From an uncultured Spirochaetales bacterium (GTDB lineage Bacteria; Spirochaetota; Spirochaetia; Sphaerochaetales; Sphaerochaetaceae), in NCBI GenBank assembly GCA_902781545.1, contig CACZJR010000002.1, positions 5,134 to 69,133 on the forward strand: DNA of 64,000 nt. The letters are read 5' to 3'. The notes below the pieces were generated by a model. The model was not told the DNA's origin. It saw only the letters and a program-made list of their open reading frames with translations, and did not search any database. The number at the start of each line of letters is the position of its first letter. Position 1 is the first letter of the stretch. Of the stretch, positions 28,437 through 36,444 are shown in pieces. Made by a program: the position numbers and the translations under genes.

Positions 28437-29054
28437 TTATTTCTTGATGAAGATCTTTGGTGCGGCCTGTACAAGGTCCATTGGCTTGTCGATGATTGTA
28501 AGAGGAATGCCGTACTGCTGGCTGATCTTTGTGAAGCGGTCATCAGCATTGTTGGCCTTGAGTGAGATGATCCAGTCTGACTGCGGGCAGACAAGATCGA
28601 TGATTCTTTCGTTTCCGTTGGTCGGAAGCTTAGGTGCACGTGCATCAGCCTCCATGCTGACTGCGACGATCTTCATGTTCTGGGCCTTTGCCTTTGCAAG
28701 GACTTCCTTGAGGAATCCGATCTCATCCTCGATTGTGATTCCGGATGCACCGAGTCCCTTCTCCGTGACGCTTATGACAATGACAAGTGTCGTGTATCTG
28801 CCTGAGTCGATATAGGCATATCTCTCCGGAGTCTCATCCTCAAGCCAGAAATCAGCATCCTCACCAAGTGTGAATTTCTTTGACTGGTTGATCAGGAGCC
28901 TGAGCATCTTGGAGCCGGCGCCCTGTCCGCCTGATGTGAGAAGGAACGGACATTCGAATGTCTGAATAGGATCTCCAGAAAGAACGGCAAAAAGACTTGC
29001 CGGTACAGCCAGGAGCATGATTGCAAGAATCAAGGTAATAACAACTTTCTTCAT
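28437..29054 (-). CDS. secreted protein of unknown function, possible accessory or binding partner of the permease
   Basis: 205 aa with a signal peptide (ILAIMLLAVPASLFA) and a 12-nt gap to the permease. It is the first gene after a sigma-70-like promoter. Confidence 0.55.
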   Translation of the reverse strand: MKKVVITLILAIMLLAVPASLFAVLSGDPIQTFECPFLLTSGGQGAGSKMLRLLINQSKKFTLGEDADFWLEDETPERYAYIDSGRYTTLVIVISVTEKGLGASGITIEDEIGFLKEVLAKAKAQNMKIVAVSMEADARAPKLPTNGNERIIDLVCPQSDWIISLKANNADDRFTKISQQYGIPLTIIDKPMDLVQAAPKIFIKK

Positions 29055-29124
29055 TCTTATCTCCTTATTTTATGTAAAGGTCTCTCCCGATATGAAAGAA
29101 ACCAAACAGTTTTCCCAATGAATA

Positions 29125-29153
29125 ATTTTAAACCTGCATAAGATAGATGTCAA
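29125..29153 (-). promoter_or_regulatory. sigma-70-like promoter for the 205-aa/permease/peptidase block
   Basis: The minus strand reads TTGACA-17 nt-TAAAAT, about 70 nt upstream of the ATG at 29054, within the only AT-rich 205-nt gap of the block. Confidence 0.5.
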
Positions 29154-29259
29154 ACAGTATTTATTACGAATACTAGATCAAAGTCAGATTTCATGTCGCA
29201 ATTTCATGTTTTCCGCAAATTAATGTTGCATTATTGCGGCAAACAGCAATTAGTAAAAA

Positions 29260-29694
29260 TTAAAGAATCCCAGACAGAATAATTAATCTTATTATGGCAG
29301 AAAGAATTGTCACGGCGGCCAAAGTCTTAACCACACCCTGCTTGAACATGTCGTTGGCAATCAGTCCCGGGATAATGAATCCGACCATCCTCACATCCTG
29401 TCCTATGAAGCCCAGATACTTGGAGAACACCTGCTCCACAAGCCATGTCCCTATGAGGGAGAGAAGCACAACCACCATGAAACGCCTTCTCCCGTATATA
29501 ATTATGAACTTCTGAAGCAATATTGTCAGAAAGTAGATGGCCATTGACAGGACAAGAGTGCTGATGATCCTTGCAGGAGTGGCCATGAAAAAGGCCATGT
29601 ATCCTGCGGAGACAAGACCTCCAGTGGCTATTCCAAGAAACTCAGAGAAAAGAAATCCCAGTATAATGCTGATCCCTATCGCCTTGTGTAACAT
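29260..29694 (-). CDS. pgsC: poly-gamma-glutamate biosynthesis membrane protein PgsC/CapC
   Basis: I trimmed the ORF to the MLHKAIG start at 29694, which has a GGAGAG SD and sits 1 nt after the pgsB stop. At 144 aa it aligns with B. subtilis PgsC, including IYGRRRF and FIIPGLIAN. Confidence 0.85.
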   Translation of the reverse strand: MLHKAIGISIILGFLFSEFLGIATGGLVSAGYMAFFMATPARIISTLVLSMAIYFLTILLQKFIIIYGRRRFMVVVLLSLIGTWLVEQVFSKYLGFIGQDVRMVGFIIPGLIANDMFKQGVVKTLAAVTILSAIIRLIILSGIL

Positions 29695-29695
29695 C

Positions 29696-30850
29696 TCACT
29701 CTCCATCCGCAGGCTGCTGAAGCATGTCCAGCACCCTCTCACCTGCACCCTTTATGTTGCCCATGCACACTATGTTCTTTCTGCAGGAATCCCAGAAACC
29801 GTCCGTCATGTCTTTAGGCCTTACTGTCCTGACACTGCCGTCTTTAATGGACCTTGAGAAAAACCGCCTGCATTTTGCGGCATTGTCCCCTATCACCACC
29901 AAGTCGCTGATCCCAAGATCAGCAAGAAGGTCCCTGAAAATGGGGAGACGGAACTCCCTGTCCGCCCTGTTGTTGTAGATCACAGTCACATCTGCAGGCT
30001 CCAGGCCGTCAAAGAGCTTCCTTGCGCTCTTGGGGTCATTGGATGCGAAACCGTTTATCAGGTTATGACCTCTTGCCTGTGTCTGTCCTGTCATACCGAA
30101 ATCAGGAACGGCATCTATGACGGAATCAATGACCTTTGCCTCATCAAGGCCCAGGTCCCTGCAGACATCCAGCACAAGTGCAAGATTCTCCTCATACACA
30201 GGGAACGAGAATCTCTGAAGCACAGGCCTGAGCTCCTCCCTGAGATGTCCGGACTCATGGACCCTGACTGTCTTGTCCGCCGCAATGCAGGAGAGGATGT
30301 TCTTGTCCGCGGTATAGACATCCTTGGACGGTCCGATGCATTTGCACAGCACCTGCGCGGTGCTCTCTTCCGTGTCCCCCATCTGGTCAACATGGTCCAC
30401 ACGCGCATTGGTTATTATTGTTATTGACGGCCTGACCAGCCTTGAGCCCACAACAGTCTGGCTCTCCTCCCTGATGGCCATGCATTCACAGACAACTGCC
30501 CTTGCATTGCTTCTGACTGCCTTGTCGAAGAGCAGCGTATGCTCTCTGACAAGCCTCACTCCGTGCCTCCTGGGGACAGGCTCCTCTGTAAGGTCAGGGA
30601 AAATGAAACGTGCGGCAGAGCCGGTGGTCTTCCCGAAGGTCCTTATCCCGCAGCCGTTCAGCGCCGCTATCAGCATTCTCGCGGTGCTGCTCTTCCCGCG
30701 GGTCCCGTTGACAAGGATCCTCAGCTCAACCTTGTCGGAGAGCCTTTTAAGGCGGGTGCTCTCACAGACGCCCGCACAGAGAATCAGAATGAAAAGTACA
30801 ATGACCAACCACACAACAACGATTATCTGCCAGAATTCCCTTATGGACAA
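29696..30850 (-). CDS. pgsB: poly-gamma-glutamate synthase PgsB/CapB (Mur-ligase-like amide ligase)
   Basis: 384 aa with an N-terminal TM. Motifs VNGTRGKSSTARM, GKTTGSAARFIF, ECMAI, NGFASNDP, NNRADREFR and GNIKGAGE are collinear with B. subtilis PgsB. The start codon is TTG and overlaps the upstream gene by 10 nt. Confidence 0.9.
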   Translation of the reverse strand: MSIREFWQIIVVVWLVIVLFILILCAGVCESTRLKRLSDKVELRILVNGTRGKSSTARMLIAALNGCGIRTFGKTTGSAARFIFPDLTEEPVPRRHGVRLVREHTLLFDKAVRSNARAVVCECMAIREESQTVVGSRLVRPSITIITNARVDHVDQMGDTEESTAQVLCKCIGPSKDVYTADKNILSCIAADKTVRVHESGHLREELRPVLQRFSFPVYEENLALVLDVCRDLGLDEAKVIDSVIDAVPDFGMTGQTQARGHNLINGFASNDPKSARKLFDGLEPADVTVIYNNRADREFRLPIFRDLLADLGISDLVVIGDNAAKCRRFFSRSIKDGSVRTVRPKDMTDGFWDSCRKNIVCMGNIKGAGERVLDMLQQPADGE

Positions 30851-32055
30851 GCCCCACGGTCATAGAAAATGCTCTCCAGCTCGTCCGCAAAAGCATCCAG
30901 GTTCTCCTGAGGATAAGAGGGGGCAAGCCTTCTCAGATATGCTGGAGGCGTCTCATAGGCGGGTCGTCTTATTCCTTTTCTCCGCATGTGGCGCTCAAAC
31001 CGGATGAAACGGCCTGCAGGAGTGTTGCGGTTTCTGAGATAACGGATCCAGAACGCTATGGGTGCCACCAGTCTCCTGTACAGGCGCTCCGACCTGCCAG
31101 TGCGGATCCTCGTCCTCTCCTCACTGCCAGCCCTTGCCCTCTTCCTTTTCTTTCCGAGGCGTTTTCTCCTGAATCTGATTATCAGGACCAGGCCCACGGC
31201 AATGACTGTTACCGCAATGACAGGAATGAGCCAGGAGACATCCTTGTACTCCCTGTATATCTCAGATCCCACGCGCTGGCTGTATGCATTTGCATCAAAG
31301 TCGTAGACATAGCTCTCACCGAAGAGCGAGCTCAGCCAGGCATAGAAGGCATCTATGATCCTTCTCAGGAATGAACCGACGGCGGAGATGACCCTTGTAA
31401 GGAAGCTGATCAGTGACGAGGATACAGACTCAAGGTCACGCATTGACAGAAAGGCCAGAAAGCCAAGAGCCCCCATGACAAGTGTCAGGACCGCATAACC
31501 TGCGGCAGACCTCCTTGAGGACCTCTCGCCCCGTCTCTGCCTGACTCTGAGCACGGTGAGGGTCATGAGGATCATGATGCATGAGATGAAGCCCCATATT
31601 ATGAACTGGGACGGATTGCTGAGCAGCGTGGTACCTGAAAGAGCTATCAGCGACCCTTCAAGGACTATTGAGATATCGAACATGAAGACAAGCTCCGTCC
31701 TGCCGACCACTCTCAGCGCTGTCACCGCAACATCCGTGAACAGCAGCAGGACCATTGCCGAGAAAATGATATGGGTGACCGCGGAATGCCCGGAGAGCAC
31801 AAGCAGCCTCTGGACCAGGAATGCGGACACAGATGCACCTGCGATGTTCACTGCGGCAAATACCGGAAGCCCCACCTCATGTCCAAGGAGGATCATGTCT
31901 GCGGCCATGACAACCGACATGGCGGAAAACAGTACGGTCAGAGGAAGTGATATCACATGTCCCCTGGGCTCAAGCATGCACCAGATGCTTAGGAGGATCA
32001 TCATGTGAGAGGGAAGAATGCTCCACCTGGAGAGATTCTCAGCTGTCCTGTCCAT
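30841..32055 (-). CDS. polytopic membrane protein with DUF4129-like C-terminal domain (TgpA-like, without a transglutaminase core)
   Basis: 404 aa with about 6 N-terminal TM helices, an Arg/Lys-rich linker and a C-terminal ETPPAYLRRL...FADELESIFYDRG segment like DUF4129. It has a strong SD (GAGGAGGGGAG) and overlaps DUF58 by 17 nt. Confidence 0.55.
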   Translation of the reverse strand: MDRTAENLSRWSILPSHMMILLSIWCMLEPRGHVISLPLTVLFSAMSVVMAADMILLGHEVGLPVFAAVNIAGASVSAFLVQRLLVLSGHSAVTHIIFSAMVLLLFTDVAVTALRVVGRTELVFMFDISIVLEGSLIALSGTTLLSNPSQFIIWGFISCIMILMTLTVLRVRQRRGERSSRRSAAGYAVLTLVMGALGFLAFLSMRDLESVSSSLISFLTRVISAVGSFLRRIIDAFYAWLSSLFGESYVYDFDANAYSQRVGSEIYREYKDVSWLIPVIAVTVIAVGLVLIIRFRRKRLGKKRKRARAGSEERTRIRTGRSERLYRRLVAPIAFWIRYLRNRNTPAGRFIRFERHMRRKGIRRPAYETPPAYLRRLAPSYPQENLDAFADELESIFYDRGACP

Positions 32056-33265
32056 CTCCCCTCCTCAGATTCCTCATCTCTATGATTCTCCTGGCAGAGT
32101 TTCCGGCACTTCCACGACGTATTATCTGCCCCGCATCCCACGGGTCTGGGAACTCCCTTGCAAGCGGTAATGAGGGTTTCTCCTTGTCTGTGACCAGCCA
32201 TATCTGACCCAAGCCGAATGAGCGTGAGCCCAAGCCGTGGAAGGAGCATTCCTCACCCATGTACTCAAGGCCGGCAAGCTCGGTCAGAAGAAGAGGGATC
32301 TGGTCATCAAGGCCGTTACCGTCAATGACCCTCATGTCACTTTTGCCGAATGCCGGAATGACAAGCGAGCAGCGGACCTTCCGGCCGGTCATGGCCAGGA
32401 TGCATGATGCCGTGAGGCTGATCATGTCCTCCATCCCTTCCGCATCCATGCTGTCCAGGACCATGACAGAACCTGCATTCGTCACTTCCTCTCGCCAGGT
32501 CGTGAAGGACATCAGGTCAAGGACAAACGTCACCAATCTCGGAATCACTGGCTGATACTCATTGACGGCAAGCTCACCCTGATGGGCGAGGATCCTCCAG
32601 TTTATGTGCTTTATGCTGTCCCCGTGCTGATAGTCATGGATCCCCTTGAACAAGGTGTCATCCTCCACACAGCCTCGGTCAAACGGAAGCATGCTGGAGC
32701 TGTTCTCAACAAGAATTCCTGCATCAACGGGATAGACCTTGGGATAGACCACAATCATCGGAGGCTTTGGAAGCGGATAATCAAGTGTATCGGTGCAGAG
32801 GCCGAACCCGTCACCTGATGATGCGCCTATTGTCTCCATGAATGCGATTCCACGCCTCTTTGTCTGCATTGAGGTTGTCCATGTTGCCTTCTGTCTTGGC
32901 ATGAGCCAAGCCACACGGTGCTCTATCTCAGATGAATCTGATAGAAAAACAGGCGGATTCTTGAAATAACGGACATTGATCCAGATGACAGGTATGGCCT
33001 TGTTGTTTGAGACACTGATGTTGACCCTGATATCCTCCCCCGGGAAGACATTGCAGGACATGGCAGATGCCTCCACCTCCACGGACCTGAGGGAGAGCTT
33101 CCCCCATATGAATGAGAACAGGGCCATGAACAGTACCGCCAGGAGAAAGACCGTCAGATTCATCAGGTGGAAGTATGCGGTCAGTACAGACAGGACTACG
33201 AGGCAGATGATCCCTCCAAGACTGGTGAACCAGCTGCTGGCTTCTCCCCGTGATGCGGTTCTCAA
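32039..33265 (-). CDS. DUF58 (vWA-like) family protein
   Basis: 408 aa with two N-terminal TM helices and a DYQHGDSIKHINWRILA motif characteristic of DUF58. The TTG start overlaps the MoxR stop (TTGA). Confidence 0.75.
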   Translation of the reverse strand: MRTASRGEASSWFTSLGGIICLVVLSVLTAYFHLMNLTVFLLAVLFMALFSFIWGKLSLRSVEVEASAMSCNVFPGEDIRVNISVSNNKAIPVIWINVRYFKNPPVFLSDSSEIEHRVAWLMPRQKATWTTSMQTKRRGIAFMETIGASSGDGFGLCTDTLDYPLPKPPMIVVYPKVYPVDAGILVENSSSMLPFDRGCVEDDTLFKGIHDYQHGDSIKHINWRILAHQGELAVNEYQPVIPRLVTFVLDLMSFTTWREEVTNAGSVMVLDSMDAEGMEDMISLTASCILAMTGRKVRCSLVIPAFGKSDMRVIDGNGLDDQIPLLLTELAGLEYMGEECSFHGLGSRSFGLGQIWLVTDKEKPSLPLAREFPDPWDAGQIIRRGSAGNSARRIIEMRNLRRGDGQDS

Positions 33266-34224
33266 AGCATCTTTTCCTTTTCCGGAGGGACAGGCTCTGA
33301 CTCAATCAAGGCCCTTAGGATGGAGTTCTTGTCCGCACCCCGGTATGTGGCCTGTGTGGAGAGGTCCGTCCTGTGTGAGACAACCGGGAGGAAAAGGTCC
33401 TGGACATCCTCCGGAATGACGTAGTCCCTGCCGCGTATAGCTGCAAGGGCCTTTGATCCCTGATAGAGGCATCGGCTTGCCCTGGGGCTTGCACCTGTGC
33501 GGAAGTTTGCGTCGGATCTGGTCTTCTGCACAACACGGACAATGTAGTCCTTAACCGGTTCGCTCATGCGCACAGCTTTCACCGCCTCACGCATTCCGGC
33601 AATCCCGGATGGGTCTGTGACGGCTCTCACGCTGTCAAACGGAATCACATCCCCCACCCTGTCAAGCATGGCAAGCTCCTCGGCTTTGTCCGGATATCCC
33701 AATGAGAGCTTGATGAAGAACCTGTCCAGCTGTGCCGCCGGAAGCGGGAACGTGCTCTCCTTCTCTATGGGGTTCTGTGTGGCCATGACAAAGAACGGGT
33801 CCGGCAGGAGGAAGGTCTTTCCGTCAATCGTCACCTGACGTTCCTCCATGGCCTCAAGCAGTGCGGCCTGTGTCCTTGGTATGGCACGGTTTATCTCGTC
33901 GGCAAGAAGAAGGTTCGTGGAGACCGGCCCCAGCCTTGTCTCAAAGCTCCCTGTCGCCTGGTTGAATATCGTGGTTCCCACCACATCAGACGGCAGAAGG
34001 TCAGGGGTGAACTGGATGCGTTTCCTGTCACATCCGAGGGCAATGGCAAGGGTCCTGACCAGTGTGGTCTTGCCGGATCCCGGCAGATCCTCCAGAAGCA
34101 CATGGCCTCCGCAGATTATGGCCGTAATTATCAGCTCAAGCTGCTTTCTCTTTCCGATTATTATCTTGCCGGTCTCATTGATCAGCGCCTCTGATGTCTC
34201 TCTGACTTTGGAAATGCCGGACAT
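33262..34224 (-). CDS. MoxR-family AAA+ ATPase
   Basis: I trimmed the ORF to the MSGISKVRE start at 34224, which has a GGAGAGGAGG SD. It has Walker A LLEDLPGSGKTT, Walker B LLADEINR and the MoxR-type VMATQNP and PLPAAQLDRF motifs. Confidence 0.85.
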   Translation of the reverse strand: MSGISKVRETSEALINETGKIIIGKRKQLELIITAIICGGHVLLEDLPGSGKTTLVRTLAIALGCDRKRIQFTPDLLPSDVVGTTIFNQATGSFETRLGPVSTNLLLADEINRAIPRTQAALLEAMEERQVTIDGKTFLLPDPFFVMATQNPIEKESTFPLPAAQLDRFFIKLSLGYPDKAEELAMLDRVGDVIPFDSVRAVTDPSGIAGMREAVKAVRMSEPVKDYIVRVVQKTRSDANFRTGASPRASRCLYQGSKALAAIRGRDYVIPEDVQDLFLPVVSHRTDLSTQATYRGADKNSILRALIESEPVPPEKEKML

Positions 34225-34332
34225 AACGCCTCCTCTCCAACTAACCACATATCCAAGGATATGAGTGTCAACGGCATATGTCAACTTCAAGATTGATGTC
34301 CGGCGGACTGTTTTGTGCGGAAAAACTGCACG

Positions 34333-34365
34333 AAAAAGGGGCCCTGCACTTTGCAAAGGCCCCTT
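34333..34365 (-). terminator. rho-independent terminator of the tct/enzyme operon
   Basis: The minus strand reads AAGGGGCC-TTTGCAAAGTGCA-GGGCCCCTT followed by TTT, 17 nt after the dehydrogenase stop. Confidence 0.6.
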
Positions 34366-34381
34366 CCTTAATTGAAAGAAG

Positions 34382-35371
34382 TTACGGTCTGAACACAACC
34401 TTGATCGCAGTGTCGTCCTTGTCCACGAAGTCGAAACCCTGCTTCAGATCGGCAAGCTTGAACTCTGCGTTAATCAGCGGCTTGATCTTGACTGTGCCCT
34501 GGATCAGAGGTCTCATGACCTCAGGGAACCAGACATAGCGCTGCTGCCATGTGTGGTGCACAAGACAGGTGTTGACGAACTCAAGGCCGTCATCATGCCA
34601 GCGGCTGATGTTCAGTGTGATGGGTGTTGTGACCCAGCTGTAGAAGACGAACTTTCCGTTGTGCTTGATCATCGCGGATGCGGCGTTGAAGGACTCAGCG
34701 CTTCCGGCTGCCTCCACAACAACATCAGCTCCGACTCCGCCTGTGAGCTTCTTGACTGCGGCAACGACATCCTGCTCCTTCGGGTTCAGGACAACGTCGG
34801 CTCCGAGCTTCTTGGCAAGGTTCAGCTTTCCCTCAAGAGGATCAACAACCACTACCTGGTAGGCGCCCTTGAGCTTTGCGCACTGTGCGATGATCTGGCC
34901 TGCAAAGCCTCCGCCCATGACAACAACAGTGTCACCGAGCTGTACTCCGCTGTTCATGCCGCTGAACATTCCGCATGCAATAGGCTCTCCCAGAGCTGCA
35001 AGGTCCTTGTCCAGTCCCTTTGGCGCAGGCTGGAGCTGGAAGCTCTCTGCCTTGAAGTAGTCTGCGTAGTTGTTGTTCCAGCCGAATGAGATGACCTCAT
35101 CTCCGACCTTGTAGTCAGCGACCCTGCTTCCAACGGCAACGACTGTTCCGCCGCTCTCATGTCCGAGAAGGAACGGGAACTCAGGCGGCTGACGGAACTC
35201 AGCAGTCTGTGGGGGCATGAATCCGCGGTAGAAGCTCTTGTCTGAGCCGCAGATACCGCAGAGGTGGTTCTTCACGATGATGTCATTCTCACCGCAGACA
35301 AGGTCTCTCTCAATGAGCTCAATGTCATAAGGTCCGTTCAGCCTTGCGGCTCTTGTTGTGAATTTCTCCAT
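34382..35371 (-). CDS. zinc-dependent alcohol/polyol dehydrogenase (MDR family)
   Basis: I trimmed the ORF to the MEKFTTRAARL start at 35371, which has a GAGGAGGG SD. Motifs: CGICGSD, GHESGG and GGGFAGQ (Rossmann). Confidence 0.8.
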   Translation of the reverse strand: MEKFTTRAARLNGPYDIELIERDLVCGENDIIVKNHLCGICGSDKSFYRGFMPPQTAEFRQPPEFPFLLGHESGGTVVAVGSRVADYKVGDEVISFGWNNNYADYFKAESFQLQPAPKGLDKDLAALGEPIACGMFSGMNSGVQLGDTVVVMGGGFAGQIIAQCAKLKGAYQVVVVDPLEGKLNLAKKLGADVVLNPKEQDVVAAVKKLTGGVGADVVVEAAGSAESFNAASAMIKHNGKFVFYSWVTTPITLNISRWHDDGLEFVNTCLVHHTWQQRYVWFPEVMRPLIQGTVKIKPLINAEFKLADLKQGFDFVDKDDTAIKVVFRP

Positions 35372-35382
35372 GCAGGCCCTCC

Positions 35383-36429
35383 TCAAAGGCTCTTTCTCTC
35401 CTCAGCGATGATGTCAAGCGCCTGCTTCCAGTTCTTCCTGAAGCTTGAGCAGAACAGCTCGACAGGACCGTAGTCATGATACTCCTCAGGCTTGAGTGAG
35501 CCTGTGAAGTAACCCTTCCTGAAGTCAGGGAGCTTCTTGACCAACTCGTCAATGACATCAAGCGGTACGGGATTGTTGAAGCAAGGAACCACTGGAGCAT
35601 CCTTCTCAAGAAGCTTGTCGGCTGTTCCGAGCCAGTTGATTGTGTTGGAGACATCGCCTCCGACCCACTCTGTGAAGTGCTGCAGGCCTCTGGCTCCGCC
35701 GTTGATCAGCTTCACCTTTCCGCCGCGGAGGTCCATGTAGTATCTGACCTTCTGTGCACATGCCTTTCCGGCAAGATACAGGGCATCGGGTGAGATGTCG
35801 ATGTTCTCTGCCTTGACGACCTTTCCGAGATACTCGTCGAAGATACCTGCGATGTGTGAGATGTAAGTGACAGGAGCCTTTCCGCAACCTCTTGCCACAC
35901 CTCTCTCATAGGCGTTCAGGACGTCGATAGTCTGGTCCATGCTCATGACCTCAGTGCAGTTGAGAGGGATTCCCTCTGCAGCGCACTGCTCAATTGCCCT
36001 TATGCCGTCATCGGTCGCGGGGATCTTGATCATGATGTTCGGGCCGGCCTCGCGGTTGAAATGAGCGAGCTTCATGATTGTCTCGTAGCTCTCATCATAC
36101 GGATCGCCCTGGATGCTGACATAACCCAGCTCACCGTTCGTGGCCTCGTAGATGGGCAGGAAGATCTTTGCGATCTTCGCCACCAGCTCACGCTGGAGCT
36201 TGACCTCGACCATTGCGTCGTCCTTCTCTTCCTTCAGGATCTGGCGCAGGACCTTGCGGGCCTCCTCGCTCTTTGTGGGATGAACCAGCATCTTGTATGC
36301 GAATGAGGGGTTCTGTGTGCATCCGACCGCACCGGCGTCGATTGCCATGTGAGCCTCTTCCTCTGTGACGTTATTGATCCAGAACTGTGTCGGCGTCATT
36401 GCCGAAACTCTTTTGAAATAATCTGCCAT
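35383..36429 (-). CDS. transaldolase-family protein
   Basis: I chose the ATG at 36429 (AAGGAG 8 nt upstream); the ORF-track start at 36438 is GTG. The N-terminus MADYFKRVSAMTPTQFWINN...GCTQNPS is typical of the transaldolase family. Confidence 0.7.
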   Translation of the reverse strand: MADYFKRVSAMTPTQFWINNVTEEEAHMAIDAGAVGCTQNPSFAYKMLVHPTKSEEARKVLRQILKEEKDDAMVEVKLQRELVAKIAKIFLPIYEATNGELGYVSIQGDPYDESYETIMKLAHFNREAGPNIMIKIPATDDGIRAIEQCAAEGIPLNCTEVMSMDQTIDVLNAYERGVARGCGKAPVTYISHIAGIFDEYLGKVVKAENIDISPDALYLAGKACAQKVRYYMDLRGGKVKLINGGARGLQHFTEWVGGDVSNTINWLGTADKLLEKDAPVVPCFNNPVPLDVIDELVKKLPDFRKGYFTGSLKPEEYHDYGPVELFCSSFRKNWKQALDIIAEERKSL

Positions 36430-36444
36430 TTTAAACACTCCTTG

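Noticed and set aside
29160-29259. Possible second sigma-54/EBP site upstream of the peptidase block (GTCGCAA and TGTTGCA strings, IR CCGCAA-N15-TTGCGG)
   Set aside because: No TGGCAC-N5-TTGC element is present. A good sigma-70 TTGACA-17-TAAAAT promoter is there instead. The short matches to the tct UAS could be chance in AT-rich DNA.
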